This document shows, piece after piece, positions 27,201 to 40,300 of a stretch of 64,000 nucleotides of DNA. Both the position numbers and the translations under genes were made by a program. Positions within the stretch are counted from its first letter, which is position 1; each line of letters opens with the position of its first letter. The notes beneath the pieces are model-generated. The model saw only the letters and a list, made by a program, of their open reading frames with translations, ran no database searches and had not been told where the DNA came from. This stretch comes from Ascidiella aspersa. Its lineage: Eukaryota. The stretch lies in the NCBI GenBank assembly GCA_963924565.1, contig OZ004609.1:24552001-24616000 (forward strand). The letters are read 5' to 3'.

Positions 27201-27767
27201 ATGGTCGAAGGGCATCGTCGTACGTTCAGCTGTGGTTGTCGGACGTACAGCTTTTGCTGCGTGATAGTTGGATAAACGTTAAGTAAAATTGAGTTTCAAA
27301 TTGTGGTAATTAATTTGACAATAGTTAAAGTTAAAATGTTCGAACAGAAATGTATATTCTCAGGATATATACGAAAGCAAAACTGTTCACAAAGCAGATA
27401 CCAAGTTGATAAATCTATTATAAACAACCAAAAGCGTTTATGTTGAGTTTTTGTAAAGCAAAATTGCGCTATAGTTATGAAATAAATTCAAGTCCGCTCC
27501 CGCCTTTCATTCAAGGATGATATTTTTAGTAAAAGGTTTGTACTTTCTATATTTGCTCGGTGGACTTATGTTTCATGTCATAAATAATTAAAAAGGTTAA
27601 TTTTTGTCGTTCCATGCCATTGAATTTAGAAGTTTTATAAAAAGGAAAGTTGTTGTGACGTCAGAAAATCACCCAATTAGTAGGCAAACCATTCATGAAA
27701 AAGGCCGATCCCTTTTGGTAGATTATGCTTAAACTTCACACTTCAAATGCAAATTATATTTTTAGCT

Positions 27768-28061
27768 CAGTATTTCTCAACCTGTGGGTCGCGGCCAAAT
27801 ATTTGGTCGCCAATTGATTTGGTTGGATCACCGATAGCAATATATGATTATTGATTAGATTTACTAATATTAGTTCTGGGTAAACTTTCGCCAAATATAA
27901 AGAAACTTGTGAAATAAATACAAAGACATGGCTCATATTAGTTAAATCCGAACCTATTAATGCCGCAGCCGTTTGTTTCGTTCGCTTATAAAAAGTTCAA
28001 TAAAGTGAACAGGGTTATACTTACGTTGGTATTTCGCCGCAAAAAAGGTTCCGAAAAACTG
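27768..28061. mobile_element. Degenerate hAT (Charlie-like) MITE
   Basis: Starts cagtatttctcaacctgtgggtcgcg and ends aaaaaggttccgaaaaactg (imperfect TIRs). No TSD. Confidence 0.55.
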
Positions 28062-30264
28062 CTAATGTAATCGATATATGATCAAGAGTTTTGGCTTAGC
28101 TAAAATGAGGGTACTGTGTACAAACTGTGCGGTCAACCCGTGATGTTTTCATTTGTGATGAATGTATTAAAATTTATTTTTATATGCCAAATGTTAACAC
28201 CACCCTTCTTCCAATTATGCTGATTTATTTAAGTACCACTTTGGGTATTGGCATGAACAAGTACAGTTCACAAACAGTTAAACTTGCCACAACCCATCTC
28301 AATTTAGTAAAAAATGTAAAGCGTGTCTCACGAAATAAATATTTTTGAGTACGATTTTATTTATTAATCGCCTATAGTTTTAAGCTCAATTGGTTTAAGT
28401 TATTGAAGAATTTATATAGCGCCAAAAGTGCTCTCCAAAAACTGGTGCATGCTTTTCGTACTGCAAACTGCGAAGTTTCTATCATTGTTTTGCCTGTCAT
28501 TTTTTGCCTTTTATGAAGTTATACTTGCCCAACAGACAGGTCACGACTCACAGAAAGCAAATAACAGCGTAGACAAACCAAAATAAGTATATTTAGTTTA
28601 GCATAACTGTCAATTACAGAATATATCAGGAGATGAAACAATATTAGCACGCTCCTACTGTATTAACATTTTGTCAATTTCGAAAAAGATCGATAAACAT
28701 GAATTACTGCTGACACTTCCATCATATTATGCTTATGACATTTCGGCATAAGAAACGTCGTTGATTTTGGAAAAAAAAACTTGGCGTTGGTCGATAATAC
28801 AATTGATTTCAACGTTTCGCCTCAGTATTAATAGATTATAATTTTCAACAGGTGTGCGAAAGTATGTAAATTTGGTCATTTATGATATACATCAATACAA
28901 AAGAAAAATCCTTATAGTTCAAATTTAAATTAAAAGCTATTTTTATTTGCCTTTTCCAGAAATCAAGTATGTGACAGGGTTTAAAATACTGTAGATTGCC
29001 TACCGTGACAGACAATATGCTGTCAGTCATTGTATCGACCCAGTTGATGCAATATATGTTGGGCGATTAAGATATTATTTTGGTTGTGTTTGAACATCAA
29101 AGATTTTGCCGCCTGGGAAATAAAGACCTTGACAAATTGGCTTGGTTGACATGTGATGAAACGGATTAAAGTGCTGGTAGCCAGGCTATTGTGTGACAAC
29201 TACAATGGCCATGTAAATATCTTAATCCTTAATTTTAATTATGGCAAAATTCCATACATTTTACACTTTCAATGTACGATTGTGCCATTTTTTAAATTGA
29301 TTATTCAAATGTCTTCAATCAAGTACAGCTTTTTAATATCTACACTAAACCAAATTATGTTGCCCTACAAGCGTGGTTTAACGTTTAACTTAATTGTAAA
29401 GTTCAAAAATGGTCATCTTCCTCCAGACTTTGTCTAAACCTAAAGCCCGTAACAGTTGCGGGCTCCCCATCAAAACTAGGGTATAGGGACGTACTACTTG
29501 CTCAGTCATTGAACCTTAAGCTACAAGTATATTCCGTTTCTTCATTACAGCGCCATCTTTGTCTCGTGTTAAACGAACTCGACACGGTGACACTGCGTAC
29601 TTTCTTCAGGTTTTTATAGGCATCCAGGTAAGCCCATACGGCATACACGGCCGAGTGTTGCCATGTAACACCTGCGCGACAGGCAAAATTAAGAGTAGCA
29701 AAGTTTTACGAAACACACCAAGGTTAAAATTTAATGATCCTTCTACATTCGGTTTGTTTACGTTTTGACGCTGTCTTTTGAAATATAGATCAGCGCTTCT
29801 TTACCGTTGTGCGTGTAAGGCTGCCAAGTGCGTCGCGGACAAAGGGAAAACGTATTCACAAATACTGGATATATGTTTTTTAGCATTTTTTTATTTTTAT
29901 TGTCGGCAATGTAGGCTAATAAAAACTTATAAGAAATGGCGTTATACCAAAATAAAATCGCGCTCGCTTCGCTCGCCCGGTGTGCCCGGACTTTAAAAGG
30001 TTGACAAACACTCAACTAGATTAACTAATGTTATTTCGTTTCCTCAAAGTAGTTTTATTACACTTTTCATTAGTAGTATGGATGACGATGTGTGGACTCG
30101 GATTTTAAACCAAACAAACGCATTTTATTCGCGCTTTGCGCCAATACTTTATTACTGCCTCCTTAAATGTAATTAAACACGTTTTTAGGCGCAAAAAAGA
30201 TCCGAGGTCCGCCTGATTCACGGTAGTTTTAACATTTTAATAACATGATTCTTAGTTACATTTT

Positions 30265-30332
30265 GTGCGGCCCGCAGAGACGTTTCTGAGGTTTGTTTTG
30301 GCCCGCGACTACAAAAAGGTTGCCGACCCCTG
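30265..30332. mobile_element. hAT-Charlie-like terminal fragment
   Basis: gcggcccgc and ggcccgcg subterminal motifs followed by aaaaaggttgccgacccctg, a typical Charlie-type end. Confidence 0.55.
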
Positions 30333-33300
30333 CCATAGACTGTTTCGTATTAATTTGTGACACCTTAAATGCTAGTATTAGTTTGAATCCCTTGCTTTGT
30401 CACACACGTTAGAAAAACATGATTGAGTTATATAGCTTCTAATGGACAACTTAAGTATATAAGGAAATCGCTTCAGCAATTTTAGCTCACTTAAATAACA
30501 AATTCGGCCCAACTTGTGACGATATTTTGTAAGACTGGCTGCATATAACAATTCCCTTTTTGGTTGAGCTATGTTTGTGGCGATCGTTAAAGTCCTTCTT
30601 AACTTAACAAGCTTTCAGGCATCACGTTAAAATATAGGCGAGGTTTCCCCAGTTCAGTTGCATTTCGTCATTTTGCATCGTCCTATCTCCCTCCCGCGCT
30701 TTCGCGCATCCCATTTCACACGTTCTCGCCAGATCAGATCCTTGTCTTATCGGCGAACAGCAGCTTTCTTTTGAAATACCACCGCATAGCGCGATAACTG
30801 CCAACCGCGTTACACAAATGCACTTGGACTATAGCAAGATCGAATCTCGCAGCACTTTCCTACTGATCGCAGCGTCACGTTCCAAGCACGGGTCTTATAA
30901 ATTTTCGACGATTTTCCGGATTCCAACACGAGCGGTTGGGCGCTGAATCGCGATTCCGGCTACGAAAAGGTCGTTCTGTTCGCGAACGAGTAAATAATTG
31001 GTCGGCTGCAATTATCCACCTTCTGCAGACCACGTGCGCTTCGTGGTGTGTCCTATAATGGAAATTTGCATTTGTTTGTTTGGCTCGCCTAGATTATTTT
31101 GGCCCGGTTCTCCGAATCCAATAAAAAAAACGTCATAAGGTATAATCTATGCACAGTGGAGCCAAACGCTGAAAGCCTTTTGCCTGCTTGGCAGCCATGA
31201 GCATTATGCGGCGGCTTGGGTACCTGTCCTATATTTGGAAACGCCTGGTTCGTTGAATTAGCAATATACATAGGTATTCGAAAGCGAAGCCCGGGCGTAA
31301 TGTCTCGCATAAATTATACAACAACATTGTAAACAACTCTAACGTTTTAAGCATTTATTACATTAGCGAGCATTAAATGCGTCAAGTGGCCACAACTTGG
31401 TGTCTTTTGGTGCCCCGACGCCACCACAACAACGATCGCCGAGTTGAAACGATGATATTTTTCAGCGAAAACTATCACAACAGCGCAGAACGCGTCAATA
31501 CAAGATTATACGTCTTTTCGAAACCTGGTAAGTGAAAAGCACTGAGGAAGAAAAAAGAGACTAAGCGACCGGGCTTGCGATTGAATGGCGACAGTCAGTA
31601 ACGCCTAACAGCTTTAAAAAAACAAAACGTATACAGAATTATTAATGAGGTTCCGGGGTGTTGGGCGGTTTGCTCTGTTGGATGTTGTCCGGTAAAACAT
31701 ATAATGAACCAAGTGTAGCTTTTTGTTTTCATTTACACAATTGCGATTTGGTGGTGAAGACATAGGGGTGAATGTGATTGTATACGACGTATTTTAGCAC
31801 AATATATTTCTTATTTTTTAATAAAAAACAAACAAAAAATTAGTATTTACGTATATTTTACTAATGTGTTCCGAAATCGTTTACCTTTAACGAAAAAATA
31901 AAAACCTACATGTGTATTCTTCTAAACGATAAAAAAGAATTTAATCTAGTGATTTTCGTTAATTTTCGCACATTTTAAAACATGCTTTGGATAGACGCAA
32001 CGCCGCTGATGAACAAACGCAAAGGTTTTCTTCAGAAGGCTAAAAACAGTCATTTTAATAAAAATAAATCTTTTGGGAAAACCAGGTTGTGTTGAACTGG
32101 CAAGGCAAAGAACGAATGACACGCAAATGCACGTTTCAAACGCTACTTTTTTAACGACAAGCGGCGTTTTGTATAGGGTGCATCCGCGGAAACCGTTTGA
32201 CGAATAAACATTTAAACCGAAAAAAAAACGACGCGACACCTCGCACTCGGCAACCCTTACAAGGTAAACAACGCAGCATCGAGTGACCCATTTGCCTACG
32301 TCACTGGCGGTACTTTGGCCCGTTACTTGGTCAACTTAGGGAAGATGCGTTAAACCGGTCGCGAAGCGGTCAGACCTACGGGGTAGCTTTCGCACTTCCG
32401 AGAAACGTCTTCTACGCGCGTGACCGAAAAACTGATTGATTTACTGTTTTGCTAAAAGGTGATAATTTCTCGCTTCGTCGAGTGTGTTAATGGAGTTCTC
32501 GGCTGCAAGAAGCCTAATGTTTCCCAGAGCCTTTTATGCAGTATTGTAGTTTATTTAAGTAACGTTTTGCGGTCGTTTATTAATGAAGGTCGTTAATAGA
32601 TTTTGGTTGTTTTCTTGGCGTTGATAATGTACATTTTTTGCGTCCAACGATAATTTTAAATATATATTTTTTGACATAGATTGTACTGTATGTATATATT
32701 AGGCATCCCCAAAATTGTTAACAACGCATTTTATCTGTGCAAGCGGAAATATTAGGCTAAAAAAATCTCGAAATGTTTCATGATAATACGTGTTCAAAGC
32801 ACCAGGTAGCATAATAAACCAGCAGGGTTGCTCTTTATTATTAAAATATTATTTAACCAATAATATGCAGTATTTTTCTTGCTTCATAATGATTGTGACT
32901 AAGTCAGGGAAGTGCTATTTTTTAACCGAATAAATGTTTTGTATATAAGAAATTGTAAAATTTTCATTTAGTTAATTAAAATAATAATGATATGGACATA
33001 CAAAAACGAGAACATTTTGAGTCCTATATACGTTCGGATATCGTAAAATAATTTTATGTAAAACAAACTACATTTAGCAACAGACTGGAAAAATAATTGT
33101 GCTGTTTTTAAAGAGCAATATTCGTTTTATCAAATCAAGTTTATATTATTAATTTTACTGTTATGGCTAAATCTCTTTAGTCACTTTTTATGCTTCCCAC
33201 TGAATTACAAAATGTGAAAATTGAATGCTTTGATGCCGCAGACAACTGGAAAGGCTTATTTTGCCACGGAATATTATATTTTTAAATCTGTATAAGTCGT

Positions 33301-36300
33301 TCAAATAAAGTCGTCTTTCACGATAGTGGTTGTGAAAAATAAAATATTGGGTTCCATTTACAAACTGCTTAACGCACAAACTTATTTTCAAGCGTTATAC
33401 AAAAATATCACGTTTGCGTTCTGCATTGGTGTTTATTTGCCCCTATAGAGTTTTTAACTAAAATGAATGGCAAAAAGTGTTTAGTTTTGGGGGTGTATGA
33501 CAATTACATGTAAATACAAAACGAACACCATTTTAGGGTAAAAAATATTGACAACAGTATAGTTTTTGTCATCGAGGAAAAAGCGTATACTTATACAGTT
33601 TAATATTTTTCGGAGAATGCCCTAAAATTCTACTAGTCGGCTGCTGGTGAAAAATCTAGCCCCGGTGAGGACCACCACTTTTTGTTTGAACGGGCAGATT
33701 TATCGGTGACTTTCCTGTCAGCAGGTTGGTGATGCAGCACCGCGACAGGTAATAGTCCGCGTCAAAGGCGCTTTAGGAAAGTAAACGACTTACAGGGTAG
33801 GCGTTGACTGACTCGCACGAGAGAAGGCCATCTGAACAACAAACCTTAGAGACCAAAACTGCAATTGAATTAAAGAAAATCGCTGAGGTTAGGGTACAAG
33901 TGTACACGCTGCGGTTGTCAATGTCCGTTTGCACCAGTGGAGCATCGGCCCAATGTCCGACGTCAATTGGCCCGTTGCTCGAAAAGCAAACAAAATCGTA
34001 GAGGAGTACGTGTTGATCGCGTTTGCGCAATGCAACGACCTCGCTTGCGACAGATTCGGCATTAAAACTTATGGCTGCGCTAATTTGATTAACCTTTGGA
34101 ACGGGTGCGCTCGCTTATTTCGTTAGTGCAGAGGCATGTTGCTTTGATTGGCATCGATCCAAGCGGGTCAGTTGCTGAACGAACGTTGATTAACCTGACG
34201 CCGGTTTACAGCTTTTCGAGGTCTCCAAGGGCCGATGATCGGCTTATCGCCGCTTGGATAAATTCTATCAATTTACACCGAAAGGGAGCTGAACAAAACT
34301 CACGCCAGGCCGTCCGTCGGTGAACAACCATTTCGTGGTTAAAATTTCTATGATTAATTCTTCTTATTCGATCAACAAAAACAAAAAAGCAAAAGCACTC
34401 TGTGTCTATCGACGCTCTTTCGTTGGAAATTCTAGAGCAGACCATGTCGGTTTTTGCTGGTCTAATTTGATGGCCTTCTTGTGGCACGTCAATAGGTCAG
34501 GCACCGACGCTAATGGTCGACGCTAATAAAACTAAAAGGACTGCTTCTGTAACCTCAAGGTGTCTTTTTAGAAAAAATAGCGGTTTTAAAAATCAAGATA
34601 GCCCTGGTCCAATTTTGACACAACAGCACAATTGATCTTTAGCCATTTCCAACGTCACACTCGTACAAGAACTGTTATTCAATGATGCTTTATACCATAG
34701 GTAACAGGAATTGAGTTTATTTAAGGTGGCATATGGCTGACAGGATGTTTTGACAAACACGGTCCACATATTCAGCCACTGTCATTCGTCTCTCAAAAAA
34801 AACAAAATGTTGTTCGATTTTGGCATACACAAAAAATAGGACAAAATATTTCTTGCAAAACAGCCACCTATAGCGTTTCTTTAATTTCGGCAGCATTCAA
34901 TCACCTTAAAATACAATTGCTTTCAGTTTCAGAAAAATACTTAGCATCACGTGCTTGTGATGTCAAAACATTTTAAAATCCTTTTCACTTTCCCACTTCA
35001 CGAGCCGCTTGGGGGTTTGTTAAGAGGCGATCGAACACTCTGACACAACTGGCAATTTGAGATGGGAGATGTTAGTTCGCACAAGGCGATTGATTTAACG
35101 CCGATTTCGACAGGATTAAACTGGGATTCCTTTTTGTTTATTTCGATGCACCACTTTAGGATGTTTTCTTGCCCGGGGCTTTGCTAATTGAAAAAAGGTC
35201 AAAATCGATTACATGTGTTTTAAGCCAGAAAAGCCCGTTTGGATTAAAACAAAATGAAAAATTTAATAGAACAATTGGCGTTTTTAATGCTTGTTGTGGA
35301 CATTTGAATGGCAGTAAACAATTTGCACAGTTTTTACCTGCGAAAAAAACTTCTTATTTTTATTTTAGACTAAGTGTTTGCACTGACAATAATGGCAAAA
35401 CCTCAACTGCAAGAAATTGGGATAGGCTACAGTTCGAAACTAATTGTAAATGCATCAATTTAACAAAGCGGGCGAAAGAGTTTGGCAATACATGGTAACC
35501 AGCAATTTTTTTTAATTGCTAAAATGGTTAGCCTTCGAAGCTCAACCATACCGGTATTGATCTGCTTATCCCTAGTAACTTCCCGTCGTCACCATTTGAC
35601 CAGCCCCTGGTTACGCTAGGACGGTGTGCCGCGGCGTACAAAGAAGGCAACTCGTAGTAGGTTGTTTGATGGTGATTACAACGAAAAGCATCCGCGCTCA
35701 GTCGAAGCGCCTGCTAAGCCGACGTTGGTGTGCTTTTATGTCGTCGTTTTTAATCGAACTCAAAATTTTCTCGTGCATAAACTTAGCGCTATGACTATGA
35801 TCCATGGTGGCCAGGTGTTAATTTAAATGTGTGTATTACTTCGGGGAATAATAAATCAGCGGCGTATGTGCGCACCTCAGACAGGCGCCAGTGGGATATG
35901 GCGTAAGCGCAACTGCGTCGGAGTGTTGACTTTTGTTTATAAACAGATCGCTGTCTACAAGGCTTAATTAGCGGTCCGTGTAGTGTTTTGCCAGCCTTTG
36001 TGAAAGTTCAGTACATTTTATCAGCTACCACGGCGTAATATTTGAACAGCGAGTAATTGTTCGAAAACTGCTAGTTCGGCATTTTGCCCGATTGCACAGT
36101 GTGGTGTCAAGAGTCAATTGTTTCCACTTTGCATTGCCGAAGCGGATATGGAGTAAGCCAGGCTCGCGCCTCGTAGCAGTAGTGCGCATATACAAAACAG
36201 CTTTGTCACATTGAGACTTCAGCTAGAAATAGACAACTATTTATCTCGCGTTATTAAAACTTTAACACTCGCTTTTTATCTAAAAAATACAAAAATGCGA

Positions 36301-36610
36301 TATTGCTTTAGGCCATAAACCTTGTCCGCTTTGTGATGTCAGCATTTTTATCGCCATTGCTTTGTTTATTGTTAGGACAAATAAGGTATATCACGACGAC
36401 ACTAATCTGACACACTATGACTTGCGATATTTACTATATTAATATTATGGCTTAACAGCCGTTAGTACCACAGAGAGTTCAGGTAAAGTTAGTCAAAAAT
36501 TTGTCCTTGAGTTTATTTTGACATGGGTGTTTAAGGAACGCCGCAGCTTTTGTGTCTATCGCGCTTCATTGAAACTGGTTACTAGACAGCCAGTCACTTA
36601 TGTGAGCCGC

Positions 36611-36640
36611 GTGTTTACCTTGTTGTATTTCTTTTTTCAG
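36611..36640 (+). promoter_or_regulatory. Splice acceptor 146 nt upstream of the receptor ATG (5' UTR intron or spliced-leader trans-splice site)
   Basis: gtgtttaccttgttgtatttcttttttcag, a long pyrimidine tract plus CAG, followed by ATG-free sequence up to 36787. Confidence 0.55.
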
Positions 36641-36786
36641 AAAATAACGTTACGATTGGCTATACTGGTTTACGTTTTACATTCAGTTCGCGCGTCTTGC
36701 GTCTTTGCCAAGGTCAGGCGAAAGCTTCAAAGTACCACTGGCCCGCCAATACCAGCTGTTAATCGTTGTACCACACATTTCACGCC

Positions 36787-36903
36787 ATGACGACTTCTGC
36801 GACCCCCGTCGGCGACTATACAAGCAGCACTACGATGGGCGGCGGCAACACAACGTCCTACGAGGATATAATGAACGACTATCCCGACTGCGATTACTAT
36901 CGG
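36787..36903 (+). CDS. GNRHR: GnRH-receptor-like GPCR, first coding exon (extracellular N-terminus)
   Basis: gccATG start, MTTSATPVGDYTSSTTMGGGNTTSYEDIMNDYPDCDYYR with an NTT glycosylation sequon and a Cys. CGG|gtacgt phase-0 donor matches the next exon. No upstream ATG back to the acceptor at 36640. Confidence 0.75.
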
Positions 36904-37205
36904 GTACGTTTTGTTTCCCTCTTGACGTATCAACATAAACGATTTTCGTGTAGATTGCTTTCCCATAATTAGGTGTGATTTCGTGCTGCTGCGGTAACAC
37001 GTATGCTAACAGGCTGTACTTAAAAGTTAGTTTTCATAATAAACCGTTAGGATTGCTGAATTATTGTACGACCAGTTTAACGTAAACCTACGCCTATTTC
37101 ACGCAACAATACATTACAATTAATACACTAAACTACCTTTTAAGCTATGATTTTATGCTGCTGATTTTCAAAGCTCTTAAGTACACATACGTTTATAATG
37201 TGTAC

Positions 37206-37303
37206 CACTGTTGTAAACAAGTCATTTTGAAATTACTGTCCCAGTCAAAGTTTATCGTAAAATAACGCGAGTCCAAGTCAAGTCTAAGTCAAGTCCTAGT
37301 CAA
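37206..37303 (-). mobile_element. Diverged partial copy of the 22541-23061 MITE in receptor intron 1
   Basis: cactgttgtaaacaagtcattttgaaat...cccagtcaa...cgtaaaataac...agtccaagtcaagtct matches the reverse complement of the right end of the 22.5 kb element. Confidence 0.75.
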
Positions 37304-40300
37304 ATGTAAAGCAAGCCAATTCAAAGATTTAACGTTAAACTATTAAAACTGGTAAACTCGCTTGATTTTGGCAATGACTCAACTAAAAATATCAATAACG
37401 CAACATATAACAAGCAATTATGGTAATGTATAAACAGTGTTTTTCAAGCCTTCCGACAGGGTTACAGCAAAACTAAATCGTAAAAAACTAAACTAGCGTT
37501 AACCATATGCTTTCAATCGCAAAAGCTAACTTACCATGTTACGCAACGACTTGTTTCAAAGTTTAGGCGTGACCTAAAGATCTTTAAACGTCGCCTTGTT
37601 CTATAGTTTTATCAAATATACAACGTCTTATAGTGTCAAAATGGTAATAAATTACGAAACGTTTTGTGTTTATAAGCCAATTTTAACGTGTTTGTTATAT
37701 CGCCATTTTCAAATAAGATTATTATTTTTAGTTGATTTTAATCGTTCTTTACATAGTTTTAATTTTAACAACAAACTAATAAAAAACGTTTTTTAATTTA
37801 TAAGCCATTGTCTTATTAATGATAGTTAGTTCCCCAATAAAGTACTGAATCGTAAATATTGCTGCCTATACTGGTTAGTTAGGAATGCGTTCAGCACGGA
37901 CATGCGCTGGTCGCTGCTGATAGGCCTGGCACAGCAAATTCGCGCGTGCTCTCCGAACACACGCGAACTTTTACCACGCGAGTAGTTGAATTGCTTTAGG
38001 TTACGGAAATATCGTATTAAGTTCGGCCTGCTCTAAAACGTATTCGAATTCGCGATTTTGGAGTCCAATCCTACCGACATACAGAATTTTTACATGCTAC
38101 GATTATCGGTTACCACGTTTACAATGTAATAACAAGAATAAAATTATTAAAAAATAAAAAATGATGCTTTACATTATTACGCCTGTTACAAGAATTTCGT
38201 ATGATAGCTAAAACAATAATATATTAGGGCTGAAATGTAAGTAAACGGGTTGGATTAAAATCTAAACACGATTGAACAGAAGCGACGAGCAAAGTAAAGG
38301 CGCGCAGTAATACGACAGGTAAAGATTGGCGAAAATCCAAAAATTGCCCCTGAAAACAAGGTTGGGTAACTTTGGGGGAGAAATTGCGGCAAACTCTAAA
38401 GAAAAAGTCGGTAGAACACCTCGTGACATGACTGGTCGGTATCGTGGTTACAGGTGAAATAGCTTAAAGGTTACCAAACAGGAACAAGTGCTACATTTAA
38501 CCGCACTTTATTCGGCGGTCGTCACCGCTTGCCCACCTAATCGGCGAGAAATCACCGCGGGATCTCGCTTTATGGTGTAAAATGCTCGCCATCTCGCCGT
38601 AACGCAAGTGAGAAGCAACGATAACATCGCGCCATCCGCTAATCGGCTTCCACTCGGCGATCGTAGCAAAGCTGACGTTAAAGTGAACGCCGTCGTGCAG
38701 CCACCAACACTTCCCCGCTTTTGTGTGAACAATTGAGGGGGTTGCTAACGGTCTCTGCGGTTTTACCACCCTAGTTTGCTGACTACTTTTCATAATTGCC
38801 AAGCAACGCAGCAGCCAGCGGAATGCTGGGCGCTTTTATCAGCAGTCATGCTGACGCTTGACTGCATCCGCCTGTCCGCAGAAGCAACTACGAAAGATTA
38901 TAAACGATCTGTTCTGTTTCGAACAAGTTGGTGCCAAATCAACCGCAAGTCTTGGTTGTGTGGAGGCGGCATGCTGGCGGTTGAAAGACCGTGTCAGTTA
39001 CTTTAAGCGCTTGCCGCCGTCACCGTTCTTAACTGCGTTTCTGCACGACTGGCAAGTGCGCCGCGGTATGCGGAAATATGAGTTGCCACTGGATGATGAA
39101 CAGCGGCGTTCTTGAGCGAGGCCTAACGTGTAATGTTCGCTATACACTAAATACACAAACTTTGGTTGCGCGATCGCCACGGGAAGCATGTGGGCGGAGT
39201 CGCGGTCAAGCAAGTACACTTTTCTTCAAGTTGCGAAACGAACGGGCGATGCTATATTAATATCGGCAAACGCGGCTGCTGGTCCAGCTTATGATATCGG
39301 GTTGCCAGAGAAGAATCGGTAACAACGCCCACAGCATGTCTGCCATTACATTTACTTTGCTGAGAAACAATCTCAGCCGAGAGATAACGGTGGATCCCAT
39401 TGTTGTCGCGGCGAACCTTTTCACGTTGTTTTAGCGACGAAGCGAGACTGACAAGCCTTCTGTGGCCTTCTAATCTTGGGAGGAACACGTGGACAAAATA
39501 CATGGCCATTTCGTATGGCGCCAGGCTCCATTTGCTAATCGAACTTTGTTTGCTTTTCTGTTGTTAAGCCGAGTGCTGAAGCGTATTCAAACTATTCTAG
39601 GGAAAAAAGGGAGCCGACCGTTTTTAGTGGCCACGGGCGGACCCTATTTTGCGAAACCCGATAGGCGGCCATTGATCGCCAGGCACAGTATCTTCACCAC
39701 GGCGGTTTGATTTCGCGCCCATTCTGTTTTTGTTCCTCTTGCGACGCAACGTGCGTCGAAAGACGTCAAAAAACGCCTCGCAGAAAGCCGCAAGTCGAGT
39801 AAGTGCTCGGCCCATTATCGATTTCGCCCCCCACCAGAAACGTGCGAATTCGACTCCAGATTGAATTTCTCCGCCCTATTTTTATTTTCACGCTCCAGGT
39901 TTATTTTTGTTTGGCGATCTTGCATCTGACTCTTTCGAAGTTTAGATCGCGGTTGATGTCACGAAACTTTCGGTCATTTGTTTGTGTTTTTAAAACGCCT
40001 GCGAGCTCAAAGCACGTAGAGCGTTGAGTCGAAGGCTTTTTACGTACAGTATTTGTTTAACTCGATATTTTCTCGTGCAATTCCGATTGCCTGGGGCACA
40101 CCTGAACGACTTACCGCCTACGTCAGAGTGTAACGGAAGTTGACGATTTTTGGATTTGAATCTTGGATTTTAAGCGACTTTGTTTGTTGTTGCTTTTGCG
40201 ACGCAACAGATAAACGTCAGTTGGATTGAATCTTGTGGCGCTCACGGCTCACATTATTATTCAAGATAATTTTTTTTGAGTTTAGTACATACATTGACTA

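Noticed and set aside
38497-40027. Cluster of short ORFs in receptor intron 1
   Set aside because: ORFs overlap on both strands with mostly non-ATG starts, no domain signal and no phase-compatible exon chain.
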